In this document: positions 29,581 through 39,269 of the stretch, in pieces
How positions within the stretch are numbered: position 1 is the first letter of the stretch
How the letters are laid out: each line of letters begins with the position of its first letter
NCBI GenBank assembly: GCA_964618805.1
Contig: CAZUBM010000002.1
Span: forward strand, 55,413-119,412
Length of the DNA: 64,000 nt
Reading direction: 5' to 3'
From: an uncultured Nitrososphaerota archaeon
GTDB lineage: Archaea; Korarchaeota; Korarchaeia; Korarchaeales; Korarchaeaceae
Made by a program: the position numbers and the translations under genes
The notes under the pieces: generated by a model
Told to the model about the DNA's origin: nothing
The model's input: the letters and a program-made list of their open reading frames with translations, nothing else
The model's database searches: none

Positions 29581-31059
29581 ATGCCCCATTTTTTGGTTCT
29601 TGAGAAGGATGAAATAGATCTAATTGTAAATTCTGCTCTAAGGGTACTAAATGAAGTTGGTGTTAGGGTTTACAACGACGAAGCGCTCAGGATTTACTCT
29701 GAAGGAGGAGCAGAAGTCGATTTTGAGGAGAAACTAGCTAGAATAGGAGAAGATCAGGTTAGAGATGCCCTCAGCCGAACTCGATCCTCTTTTACAATGT
29801 ACTCAAGGGACGGAAAAACGAGCTACACTGTTGGAGAGGACAACACGTACTTTATACCTGGTTCAGCTGCTATAAGAATTATAGATAGGGGGACTGGCAA
29901 AGCAAGGCCTCCTTTGGCTAAGGATTACGTGGACCTTGTACGTTTAGTAAATGGCCTTGAAAACCTAAAGTTTCAATCAACGGCCTTGATACCTTCAGAT
30001 GTCCCTAGGGAGATTGCAGACAGGTACAGGCTTTACATTGCCTTATGCAACACAAACAAGCCAATATATACCGGAACTTTCACGATAGATGGGGCTATTG
30101 ACATGAAGGACATGCTAGTAGCCGTCTCTGGCAGCGAAGAGGAGCTGGCAAAGAAGCCAAGAGCTGCTTTCACATGTTGTCCATCACCTCCACTAAAGTG
30201 GAGCAAAATAACATCTCAGAACATAATAGATTTAGCTAAGTACAACATTCCGGTATCAATACTTCCAATGCCTCTCGTAGGCTTGGCTTCTCCAGCAACC
30301 ATCGCAGGATCTCTAGTGCAACACGTAGCAGAGTTCTTTTCAGGGTTGGTTCTAGTACAACTTGTAAATCCAAGAGCTCCTGTTCTCTTCGGCGGCTCTC
30401 CAGCTCCAGTTGACCAGAGAACTGCTACCACGCTAATGGGAGCTGTTGAAACTGTCTTGATGACCTCAGCACTTTCTCAAATAGCTAGGACGTTAGGGGT
30501 TCCTACAGATATGTACGTTGGACTCAGTAACTCCAACATCCTCGACGAGCAGGCTTCTGCTGAGACGATGCTTGGCATGTCCCTAGGTGCCCTTGCTGGT
30601 ATTAACATGATAGAGGGAGCAGGAATGATTGAGTTTGAGAGTTGTCAGAGCTTTGAGAAACTGGTCGTGGACAATGAGATCGCGGGAATAGTCTATAGAT
30701 TGCTTAGAGGAATCGAGGTTAAAGAGGAATTGCTGGCACTGGACATAATTAAGGAGGTTGGAGCCGGAGGGAACTTTACGTCAAACATAAGGGCATTGAG
30801 GTTCGTTATGGAAAGGTTCAAAAAGGAGATACACATGCTTGGTCCAGTCTTCAATGTAATGGACAGGAAGGCATGGGAACTTCGTGGAGGGAAGGATGTC
30901 AACACAAAAGCAAGAGAACTAGTTAACGAACTTTTATCCAAACAAGAGCCAGATCTTCCTCCAAAGGACGTTATTCAGGAGCTTAACAAAATTATGGATA
31001 CCTCTGCTAAGAGATATGGGATCAGTTTGGACGCTTTACCTTGGAAATGCGTCGTGTAA
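29581..31059 (+). CDS. mttB: Trimethylamine methyltransferase (MttB) superfamily, non-pyrrolysine
   Basis: PSPPLKW, GLASPATIAGSL, PVLFGG, DEQASAET, LAGINMIEGAGMIE, EKLVVDNE, EVGAGGNF; no in-frame TAG. Confidence 0.88.
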   Translation: MPHFLVLEKDEIDLIVNSALRVLNEVGVRVYNDEALRIYSEGGAEVDFEEKLARIGEDQVRDALSRTRSSFTMYSRDGKTSYTVGEDNTYFIPGSAAIRIIDRGTGKARPPLAKDYVDLVRLVNGLENLKFQSTALIPSDVPREIADRYRLYIALCNTNKPIYTGTFTIDGAIDMKDMLVAVSGSEEELAKKPRAAFTCCPSPPLKWSKITSQNIIDLAKYNIPVSILPMPLVGLASPATIAGSLVQHVAEFFSGLVLVQLVNPRAPVLFGGSPAPVDQRTATTLMGAVETVLMTSALSQIARTLGVPTDMYVGLSNSNILDEQASAETMLGMSLGALAGINMIEGAGMIEFESCQSFEKLVVDNEIAGIVYRLLRGIEVKEELLALDIIKEVGAGGNFTSNIRALRFVMERFKKEIHMLGPVFNVMDRKAWELRGGKDVNTKARELVNELLSKQEPDLPPKDVIQELNKIMDTSAKRYGISLDALPWKCVV

Positions 31060-31128
31060 CCTTCATTTCGCAGCTTTCTATGCTTTTTGGAGAAAAAGCA
31101 TCTTGGAAGCTTAATATGCTACTTAACT

Positions 31129-32172
31129 TCAGCTTGACTTACTTTTTTCCTTTTTGTACTTATTTAACTCTACAGTTTTGATAGGCTTCTCAGGTAATAA
31201 TCCCTCAGGCTTAAACATGAGTATGAGTATCAGGGTAAGACCTAACAGGATGTACTCAAGCCAGACTACATCGAAGGGCAGTATGGGCTCTAACCCCCTC
31301 TTATAGAATATTATCAGCCTCCTCATCACAATGAAGGTCACGGTGCCAAGGGCAACGCCCCAGTTGTTAGCCATCCCTCCAAGCACTACTATTGTCCAAG
31401 GCCAAAATGTCCAATCTACCCTATCATAAGCTATGCCAGATACGTATGTGATGTAAAACGCGTAAAGAGCTCCAGCTACTGCGGCCGTAGCTGAACTAAG
31501 AACCATTATTTTCATTCTGTAGCCAGCTACATCCTTTCCGAGGACCTCCGCAGCTATATCACAATCCCTGATGGCCTTAAGGGTTCTGCCAAGCGGGGAC
31601 TTGGTAAGTCTCTCTATGTAGGAAAACGTTCCTAATGAGATAATTATTATGACGATGGATATCCCTATAATCCTGTAGGAGCCAGCTAAAAACCTGAATG
31701 GGTCAGGGACAGTCACACCATATGGGCCACCAACCAAAGGAGCGTAGCAATAAGCTACATACCTTATTGCCTCCGCCATGGCTAGCATGAAGATAGCTAG
31801 GTGTTCTCCCTTAAGCCTGGCCACGGGATATGAAGCAAGAAAACCGAACACAGTACCTAAACCGCCAGCAACGATGAGGCTGAGCAGCAGCATAGCGGCT
31901 GCGATAGCAATGTTTTTCTGAAGGAATTTGTTTATAGTCGCCACAACTTTCGTATTATCCATTATGTAGTCGCCTTTTATTGCAAGCAAGTACATTAACA
32001 GCCTCCCAGGAATCGCCCCTATGCTGTAAGCCCCTATAGCCACTGCTCCAGCCTTTCCGAAGTCAGCTATGCCTGTGTAACCATACTCGATGTTCAGGCT
32101 TATCGAGACTATGAGATATATGGCTATAAGGGTTAGAGTATCAAGAACGAACACGATAAGGGCTGGCAACAT
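31129..32172 (-). CDS. livM: Liv-type ABC permease
   Basis: SLNIEYGYTGIADFG, RLKG, SPLGRTLKAIRD, VVLGG, KPEGL; start set at the ATG overlapping the upstream stop. Confidence 0.87.
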   Translation of the reverse strand: MLPALIVFVLDTLTLIAIYLIVSISLNIEYGYTGIADFGKAGAVAIGAYSIGAIPGRLLMYLLAIKGDYIMDNTKVVATINKFLQKNIAIAAAMLLLSLIVAGGLGTVFGFLASYPVARLKGEHLAIFMLAMAEAIRYVAYCYAPLVGGPYGVTVPDPFRFLAGSYRIIGISIVIIIISLGTFSYIERLTKSPLGRTLKAIRDCDIAAEVLGKDVAGYRMKIMVLSSATAAVAGALYAFYITYVSGIAYDRVDWTFWPWTIVVLGGMANNWGVALGTVTFIVMRRLIIFYKRGLEPILPFDVVWLEYILLGLTLILILMFKPEGLLPEKPIKTVELNKYKKEKSKSS

Positions 32173-33131
32173 TATCTGATCACTCCCTTTGCTATAGGTA
32201 TTCTGGATAGCTTGGTCATAACTACTCGCATCGCTTCGGCCCATTCTATTCCGGTGAGGCCCTCAGGAGCGAACAGAAGAGTAAGAGCTAGCATAATGAG
32301 TGGTATGACTATCCTATAGCTTAGGAACCATGGACCTACCCAAGAAGCAACAAAGTAGGTTATAAGGTACTCAGAGAGACCAGCTATGGCTCCTCCAAGC
32401 ATGGCACCGTATATGCTGTAGAATCCTCCAACTATGCTTGCTGTAAAAACGGGAACTATAAGTATAAAGCCCAAGCAAGGACTTCCCCTGAAATAGAAGG
32501 GAAGGAGGGCACCTGATATTCCAGCTAAACCTCCTGACAATATCCAAGAGACTGTGTACACAAGTTCCGTATTCACACCAAATGTGCTGGCCAAATCAGG
32601 ATTTTCTATTGTAGCTCTCATGGCTACACCAAATCTTGTTTTAGTGAGTAATATGTGAAGTGTAGCTACGAAAAGGGTCACACTTAAGATTGAGGAAATA
32701 AAGACGCCTGGTTGGCCTAGGAACTCGAAGTCATATGCCTTAAAAGGCATAAATCCCCTTGCCTTTATCTTATATACCCTAGTAAGCACGTCTGCGTATA
32801 TATTTAGGACAGCAAAGATCAGCATATCGTAGCCAAGCGTAGCTATCATGAGGTGGTCTATTGAGGCTTCTCTATTCATCAAAGGCTTGATAATGAACTT
32901 GTAAAGGGCTAAAGAGGCGAGAGCGCTGAGTAAGAAGGCCAAAGGGAGGCAATAATAGGGGTTCATGCCAAACAACTTCAGCGTAGTCAGTGCAACGAAG
33001 AGCCCTATGACAGCTATCTCTCCATGAGCAAAGTTAGGTACCTTTGTTGTTATGTAGGTTAACGTTAGCCCCGTACTCAGTAATATTAGCATGCAAGAGT
33101 AGGTTATAGCATCCCTAAGTAGTACCCACAA
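32172..33131 (-). CDS. livH: Liv-type ABC permease
   Basis: GLTLTY..TKVPNFAHG, TRFGVAMRA..ENPDLA..FGVN, IVGG, PEGL. Confidence 0.9.
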   Translation of the reverse strand: MWVLLRDAITYSCMLILLSTGLTLTYITTKVPNFAHGEIAVIGLFVALTTLKLFGMNPYYCLPLAFLLSALASLALYKFIIKPLMNREASIDHLMIATLGYDMLIFAVLNIYADVLTRVYKIKARGFMPFKAYDFEFLGQPGVFISSILSVTLFVATLHILLTKTRFGVAMRATIENPDLASTFGVNTELVYTVSWILSGGLAGISGALLPFYFRGSPCLGFILIVPVFTASIVGGFYSIYGAMLGGAIAGLSEYLITYFVASWVGPWFLSYRIVIPLIMLALTLLFAPEGLTGIEWAEAMRVVMTKLSRIPIAKGVIR

Positions 33132-33314
33132 GAGCCTCCCAAATCCATCGATTAAAGCATGCTTTTAAGTATTTCGTGTACCTAAGAGCTGGCAGATGCT
33201 GATAACTTGTTTTCTTGAGCACGAAAGCGCTCATTTAATGATTAGTAAAGAAATTTAACTAAATCTCGGTAAGTCTTTTAATGTTGTAGATTTTCTCTTT
33301 CAGTAGGTGAGAGC

Positions 33315-34610
33315 ATGGTTAAGAATTCCGTAGTTGCAGCCATCGCAATAATATGTCTGATAATAGGTGCTGGCATAGGCTATGCAATTAAAAAGCCCGC
33401 TCCACCTCCAGTCACACCTACACCTACTCCTGCTCCCACACCAGCTCCTCCGCGTCTCACTGGGACACTAAAAATAGGAGGACTGATAGAGCTTACGGGA
33501 GACCTCGGTCCATGGGGACCGATGTATAAGGCTGCTCTGGAGCTAGCCGAGAAGGATGTGAATTCTTGGTTGAAGGAAATAGGTGCTGATTTCACGATAG
33601 ATGTGGTGATAGAGGATGTAGCCAGCGATCCTGACGTAACCCTTGAGAAGATGAAGTCCTTACATGCTGCTGGAGTTCTCTTCTTCGTTGGTCCAACATC
33701 TAGCGCTGAATTGAGCGCTATAAAGGAGTATTCAGATGCTAATCAATTACTCGTGATTTCACATTCTTCTACCGCGGTGGGTTTGTCCATAAAGGACGAC
33801 CTTGTATTTAGGACTTGTCCAAATGATTTTGCTCAGGGCCCCGCCATAGCTAGGATGATATACGACACTGGTGTAGAATATGTCATCATCCTTTACAGGC
33901 AGGATGACTGGGGTATAGGCCTTAAGGACGCGGTTGATAATGCCTTCACTAAGCTAGGAGGTCATGTCTATGAAGCTATACCTTACATAGAAAAGGCAGA
34001 GTACAGTGCTGAGGTGGCAACTTTAAATGACAAGGTTAGTGCTGCTGTTAATGTATACGGGGCTGACAAGGTGGGAGTCCTGGCAATAAGCTTCGGTGAA
34101 ATAGCCTCTATAGTGGAGGCAGCTAAGGAGTACTCAGGCTTGAGGGAAGTGAAGTGGTTTGGATGCGACGGCTTCGTCATGTGTACTGAACTTCTAGATC
34201 CAGCGGTTGTCGATTTTGTGTTGGACACTGGCATGGTTACTACAGTGTTTGCTCCTTCCAGATCACCGAAATTCACACATGTTAGAGAGTACATATACTC
34301 ACAAGTTGGGGAGGAGCCAGATGCATACGCTTATCCGATCTACGATGCAGTCTGGCTGATAGTGCATGGCATAATGCATGTGGGCGAGTATGATCCTATG
34401 AAAGTCAAGGCTGTGCTGCCAAAGATAGCTGAAAACTACTTCGGCGCGACTGGTTGGATGAAGATGAATCCTGCTGGAGATAAAGAGGCATCAGACTATG
34501 ATCTGTGTGCCATAGTGGAAGTGAGTCCTGGAGAGTACAAGTGGGAGTATGTGGGTAAGTGGATATACGCGACGGACACAGTAATATGGACGAAACCCGT
34601 CTACGGTTAA
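33315..34610 (+). CDS. livK: Liv-type ABC substrate-binding protein with TM anchor and Pro/Thr linker
   Basis: TM helix, PAPPPVTPTPTPAPTPAPP linker, KIGGLIELTGDL, GPTSS, FRTCPND, YDAVW. Confidence 0.9.
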   Translation: MVKNSVVAAIAIICLIIGAGIGYAIKKPAPPPVTPTPTPAPTPAPPRLTGTLKIGGLIELTGDLGPWGPMYKAALELAEKDVNSWLKEIGADFTIDVVIEDVASDPDVTLEKMKSLHAAGVLFFVGPTSSAELSAIKEYSDANQLLVISHSSTAVGLSIKDDLVFRTCPNDFAQGPAIARMIYDTGVEYVIILYRQDDWGIGLKDAVDNAFTKLGGHVYEAIPYIEKAEYSAEVATLNDKVSAAVNVYGADKVGVLAISFGEIASIVEAAKEYSGLREVKWFGCDGFVMCTELLDPAVVDFVLDTGMVTTVFAPSRSPKFTHVREYIYSQVGEEPDAYAYPIYDAVWLIVHGIMHVGEYDPMKVKAVLPKIAENYFGATGWMKMNPAGDKEASDYDLCAIVEVSPGEYKWEYVGKWIYATDTVIWTKPVYG

Positions 34611-34617
34611 GGCTCCA

Positions 34618-34634
34618 ACCCTTTCTTCTTTTTT
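34618..34634 (+). terminator. Putative internal U-rich terminator after the SBP gene
   Basis: CCCTTTCTTCTTTTTT between the livK stop and livG. Confidence 0.4.
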
Positions 34635-34637
34635 GCG

Positions 34638-35405
34638 GTGGGATTTGTGTTGGAAGACGTGATACTGCGTACAGAGGGACTTAGAAAATCCTTTGGTGGA
34701 TTAGTGGCATTAGATGGCGTGAGCATAAGTGTGAAGAGGGGCTCAGTTACGCTTATGATGGGACCTAATGGAGCCGGCAAGACGACTTTCCTGAGAACGG
34801 TTTGTGGTATCTACAAACCAGATTCTGGCAGGGTATTCTTTAATGGGCGTGAAATAACTGGACTTAAGCCTCATGAGGTGTATAGGCTTGGACTAGTGAA
34901 GACATTCCAGATACCTCTTCCGTTTACAAAATTAACGGTGCTCGAAAACTTGTTGGTGGCAGCTAGAGGAAATCCAGGTGAGGCTATCTTAAGAGCGCCT
35001 ATGAGGAGGATTTGGAAGGATTATGAGGAGGAACTTGTGGAGAAAGCATTTAGGATATTAGAACTCCTTAAGCTGGATCATCTTTGGGATCGCTATTCTT
35101 ACGAGCTAAGCGGTGGTCAGATGAAACTTCTCGAGATAGGAAGATCCCTAATGAGCGGTGCAAAGATGCTCATGATGGACGAACCTGTTTCTGGAGTGAA
35201 CCCTGTCTTAGCTCACGAGATATGTTCTCGCATTCTCGAGCTACGAGATAAGCTCAATCTCACATTCTTTATAATAGAGCACAGACTAGAAATAGCTCTG
35301 AAGTACGTGGAATATATTTATGTCATGGACAGGGGTATGCTCTTGACGGAAGGAAAGCCTGAGGAAGTTATGGCCAACCCTAAAGTCATAGAGGCATACT
35401 TGTAA
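34638..35405 (+). CDS. livG: Liv-type ABC ATP-binding protein
   Basis: FGGLVAL, GPNGAGKT, KTFQ, LSGGQ, DEP, IEH, VIEAYL. Confidence 0.92.
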   Translation: MGFVLEDVILRTEGLRKSFGGLVALDGVSISVKRGSVTLMMGPNGAGKTTFLRTVCGIYKPDSGRVFFNGREITGLKPHEVYRLGLVKTFQIPLPFTKLTVLENLLVAARGNPGEAILRAPMRRIWKDYEEELVEKAFRILELLKLDHLWDRYSYELSGGQMKLLEIGRSLMSGAKMLMMDEPVSGVNPVLAHEICSRILELRDKLNLTFFIIEHRLEIALKYVEYIYVMDRGMLLTEGKPEEVMANPKVIEAYL

Positions 35406-35468
35406 GATGAAATGCGATTGTGGTAGGATCATAATCCTAAAGGATTGGAGGCAGGTGGTTAAGGAAGC

Positions 35469-36185
35469 ATGTTGGTCGTTGAAGGTCTGAATGCAGGATA
35501 CAAAAAGTTTCACGTCTTATTTGATGTAGCGCTAGAGGCAAGGGACAAGGAAATAACAGTAATAGTTGGCCCTAACGGAAGTGGTAAGTCTACCTTGCTT
35601 AAGACCATATTCGGTCTTACGACAATATATTCGGGTAATATAAGGCTTGATGGGGAGGAGTTAACCATATATCCACCACATGAGATAGCTAAGATGGGAG
35701 TGGCCTATCTACCTCAGGTAGAGAACGTTTTCGTCAACCTAAGCATAAAGGAGAACTTAATCACCGCATCATATTCGCTGAGGAAGGAGGAGATAGAGGA
35801 TAGGATTGAAGAGGTCCTCAATATGTTTCCGGTTCTTAGGAAGATGATACACAAGAGAGCTAGAAACCTAAGTGGAGGAGAGAGGCGAATGCTAGCTATA
35901 GCTATGGCTCTCCTTAGAAAACCCAAACTCATGATGTTTGACGAGCCTACTACGGATATGGCCCCTAAGTTAGCTAGGCAAATACTGGAGAAGATAGTTA
36001 GCCTGAGGGATGAAATGGGAATGACCATAATTCTCGTCGAACAGAGCGCAAGGAGGGCGCTTGAGATAGGAGATAAAGCATATTTGCTCGTAGATGGGAG
36101 AGTGAACTTTGAAGGAAGGCCTGATGAATTATTAAATCACCCAAGGCTAAGTAAGTTATACTTAGGAATAGAGACCGGCTTGTAA
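35469..36185 (+). CDS. livF: Liv-type ABC ATP-binding protein
   Basis: GPNGSGKST, YLPQ, LSGGERRMLAI, DEP, VEQ, LYLG. Confidence 0.92.
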   Translation: MLVVEGLNAGYKKFHVLFDVALEARDKEITVIVGPNGSGKSTLLKTIFGLTTIYSGNIRLDGEELTIYPPHEIAKMGVAYLPQVENVFVNLSIKENLITASYSLRKEEIEDRIEEVLNMFPVLRKMIHKRARNLSGGERRMLAIAMALLRKPKLMMFDEPTTDMAPKLARQILEKIVSLRDEMGMTIILVEQSARRALEIGDKAYLLVDGRVNFEGRPDELLNHPRLSKLYLGIETGL

Positions 36186-36245
36186 ACTTGTGGACAATAA
36201 TGTCTTTTTTACTCAGATTCATCATAGTAATTATCGAACTTCTGC

Positions 36246-36731
36246 TCATCCTTTTATTGTAATGGTTGATTTGGGCGTCCTCCAAATTTCTTCATACCAA
36301 CTTCCCTTATCCTCCCGCCAAAGCTCTATCCAAAAGAAAAAAGAGTGCTCTCCTGGCAAACTGCTCTCTATCAAAAAATCTATCCTTCCTAGATACCTTC
36401 TCTCATCTCTTCCAATATAAAAAGACTTATTTGGGAAAGCTACCTCATAAAAAGCCTTCTTTCCGACTTCTTCCATCCAATCGAAGTGAATTCCAAACCA
36501 GACTATGGAGATATTCGACTCACCATTTTTTATCCAAACATCCACATAACCCTTTTCACCTAAATGATAAGAACGCTTATTAAAGCGGTACTCCAGAATC
36601 GCATTTGCTACCTTCTCCGATGGAATACTTAAAGGAAGAGATGAGATCTCGGTTCTGATCATCTGCAAGAGGATCAAGGAAAGGAAAAGGAAAATCAAAC
36701 ATGCAACAATGAAGTATCTTGAACTCTCCAT
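36246..36731 (-). CDS. Hypothetical membrane-anchored protein with a beta-sandwich-like domain
   Basis: 161 aa; N-terminal TM then beta-strand-rich domain (VDVWIKN..IVWFGIHFDW); divergent from dacB. Confidence 0.6.
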   Translation of the reverse strand: MESSRYFIVACLIFLFLSLILLQMIRTEISSLPLSIPSEKVANAILEYRFNKRSYHLGEKGYVDVWIKNGESNISIVWFGIHFDWMEEVGKKAFYEVAFPNKSFYIGRDERRYLGRIDFLIESSLPGEHSFFFWIELWREDKGSWYEEIWRTPKSTITIKG

Positions 36732-36840
36732 TCAGTTCTTGAATGATAACAGGCTTTTCTCTTTAAACTTTGACACATGTAAATGCAGTAATTTGGAAAA
36801 GTAAAGCAAGAAATTATTAGTGTGTTAATTTGTCAATCTC

Positions 36841-38280
36841 ATGATGGAATTTCAACCCACAGGGCTGTTAATTATATCGCTTGGAATTTTATTACTTTTA
36901 TCAAGCTTATTTACCCTATTAACTGAATATAAGAAAGTATCAAAAGTCAACAAGCTAGATAAGATGATAAACAGCAGTATTGAGGGGCTTGCTGATGGAA
37001 AAGTTGGAATTTGTGTTCTGGACGCAGAAGGAAACCTAATATACGCTTTAAATCCTGATTTAAAGCTCATTCCTGCTTCTAACTTGAAGCTATTTACTGG
37101 AGCAGCAGCTCTTCTCCTTCTTGGGCCGAATTATGCTTATGAAACTAAGGTTTATTACGCGGGGACCATAAAGAACGGCACGTTACACGGAAACTTAATA
37201 GTAAAGGGATCTGGCGATCCATCCTTAACGTACGAAGACATTAGCAAGATTGCCATTACAGTTTCTAAAATGGTTAAGGCGATTGAAGGGAACATAATTG
37301 TGGATGAAAACATTTTTGATCAGAAGTACGTAGAGAGCAGTTGGGACATAGAGGATCTACAGTACTATTATGCAGCAAGAGTCTCTGGCCTCTCTGTTGA
37401 AAAGAATGTCATAAGGCTTGTTGTATATCCTGGAGAGAAGGAAAGAGAACCAGCGAGGATAGAATTGATCCCAAACACTTCTTATGTAAAGATTATCAAC
37501 ATGGTTAGAACCGTAAGTGGAAGCGACTCAAATATACAAGCAAGAAAAGCTCTTATGGAGAATAGGATCGTATTAAATGGTGAAATTGGAGTTTATTCAG
37601 AATCAATGGAGTTTATAAGGGCAATAGAGGATCCTCCTTTATACTTCGGAACTCTCTTAAGAGAATTGCTTGCTCTAAATGGGGTAGTAGTAAAAGGACA
37701 GGTTAAGAAGGGAATTTTGCCCGCAAATGCTATCGAGATAATGAAAATAAAATCAAAACCTTTGTCCGAGCTTTTAAGGGATATGATGAAGAGCAGCGAC
37801 AACATGATGGCTGAACACCTTTTAAAAACCTTGGGAGCAGTCCAATATGGGAAAGGAAGCTTCGAAACAGGCATAAAGGCCGTAATTTCTTTCTTGAAAG
37901 AGATAGGAATCAACTCAAGCCTAACAATGGTAGATGGATCTGGCTTGTCGCATTTAAATCAAGTTTCTCCTAGAACGATCGCACAGCTCCTGCAAAAGAT
38001 GAAGGAGCAAAAATACTTTGAGTACTTCATAAATTCACTTCCTATAGCTGGAGTTGACGGTACTCTTAAGAAAAGAATGATTGGAACACCAGCAGAAGGT
38101 AAAGTTTTTGCAAAAACAGGAACTTTATCGGGAGTTTCAACTCTTTCCGGCTATATAAAGACGGAGAAAGGGGAAGCAGTCTTTTCTATAATGATAAACA
38201 GTTCAACTCAAGCAAAAGAACGTAAGAGGATAATAGATGAAATCTGCGTTAAGATCCTCGATTATTTCATGGATCAATAG
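36841..38280 (+). CDS. dacB: D-alanyl-D-alanine carboxypeptidase/endopeptidase, PBP4 type (peptidase S13)
   Basis: N-terminal TM; PASNLK (SxxK), GSGDPSL, KSSDN (SxN), DGSGLS, GVDGTL..R, AKTGTL (KTG), LSGY, FSIMIN. Confidence 0.92.
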   Translation: MMEFQPTGLLIISLGILLLLSSLFTLLTEYKKVSKVNKLDKMINSSIEGLADGKVGICVLDAEGNLIYALNPDLKLIPASNLKLFTGAAALLLLGPNYAYETKVYYAGTIKNGTLHGNLIVKGSGDPSLTYEDISKIAITVSKMVKAIEGNIIVDENIFDQKYVESSWDIEDLQYYYAARVSGLSVEKNVIRLVVYPGEKEREPARIELIPNTSYVKIINMVRTVSGSDSNIQARKALMENRIVLNGEIGVYSESMEFIRAIEDPPLYFGTLLRELLALNGVVVKGQVKKGILPANAIEIMKIKSKPLSELLRDMMKSSDNMMAEHLLKTLGAVQYGKGSFETGIKAVISFLKEIGINSSLTMVDGSGLSHLNQVSPRTIAQLLQKMKEQKYFEYFINSLPIAGVDGTLKKRMIGTPAEGKVFAKTGTLSGVSTLSGYIKTEKGEAVFSIMINSSTQAKERKRIIDEICVKILDYFMDQ

Positions 38281-39269
38281 AGGTGGCATGCGATCCAACG
38301 TCCGCTTTCTATTTCTCTGATCTCCGGCTCCTTTTCTCTACAAATCTCCCTTGCATAGGGGCATCTCGGATGGAATCTACAGCCTCTAGGGATATTAATT
38401 GGACTTGGTACTTCTCCCGAAATGGTAGCTTTGGCGTTAGTCCTCTTTGGGTCTGGGATTGGTATGGCTCTAATAAGAGCCCTCGTATAAGGGTGTAAGG
38501 GATCATCTATTATATCAGTAGCCCTTCCCATTGCAACAATCTTTCCCAAGTACATCACAGCTATCCTATCACAAATCTGCCTAGCAACCGCTAAATCATG
38601 TGTGATGTATAGAAGAGATGTGCCATAATGATCCCTCATCCTAAGCAGTATCTTCAAAATTCTCGTTCTTATTGAAACATCAAGCATTGAAACTGGCTCG
38701 TCAGCAACGACAAGTTCAGGATTCAGTATTAAGGCTCTTGCAATAGCAACTCTTTGTCTTTGTCCCCCACTAAGCTCGTCTGGAAATCTGTTAAGAAATT
38801 CTTCCGGAGGATTCAAGTCAACTTCTTGAAGAGCCTCTATTACCCTTTCCTCCAATTCAAAACCGTCCTTAAACAACTTGTTTATCACGAGTCCTTCTGA
38901 AACACACTGAAATACAGTAAATCTAGGATCCAAGGAGGCGAATGGATCCTGATAAATTATCTGCATCTTTGTCCTTAACTTCTTAAGTTCTTTTTTATCC
39001 AATTCAAGTATATTGACGCCTTTGAAGAGTACCTTGCCATCTGTTGGTTCTATTAATCGAAGAACGGCTTTTCCTGTCGTTGTTTTTCCACAACCACTCT
39101 CTCCTACAAGCCCTAAAATTTCTCCTTCATTTAAAAAGAAGCTAATTCCATCGACTGCTCTGACATAGGCTTTTTTCTTATGCAATAAGAGATCAAACAA
39201 GCTCCCGCTTACAGGGAAGTATTTCTTTAAATTTTGAACTTCTAAGATCTTTTCTGGCATGTTTGTCAC
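38274..39269 (-). CDS. oppF: Oligopeptide ABC ATP-binding protein
   Basis: GESGCGKTT, QDPFASLDP, LSGGQRQR, ADEPVSMLDVS, THDL, HPYT, CRFHPRCP. Confidence 0.92.
   Translation of the reverse strand: MTNMPEKILEVQNLKKYFPVSGSLFDLLLHKKKAYVRAVDGISFFLNEGEILGLVGESGCGKTTTGKAVLRLIEPTDGKVLFKGVNILELDKKELKKLRTKMQIIYQDPFASLDPRFTVFQCVSEGLVINKLFKDGFELEERVIEALQEVDLNPPEEFLNRFPDELSGGQRQRVAIARALILNPELVVADEPVSMLDVSIRTRILKILLRMRDHYGTSLLYITHDLAVARQICDRIAVMYLGKIVAMGRATDIIDDPLHPYTRALIRAIPIPDPKRTNAKATISGEVPSPINIPRGCRFHPRCPYAREICREKEPEIREIESGRWIACHLY
38318..38381. repeat. 64-bp exact direct repeat, copy 1 (copy 2 at 39319-39382)
   Basis: tgatctccggctccttttctctacaaatctcccttgcataggggcatctcggatggaatctaca identical in the 3' ends of oppF and oppD. 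Confidence 0.9.

Noticed and set aside
29581-31059. Pyrrolysine-containing MttB / methanogenesis marker
   Set aside because: No in-frame TAG and no pyl or mcr genes in the window.
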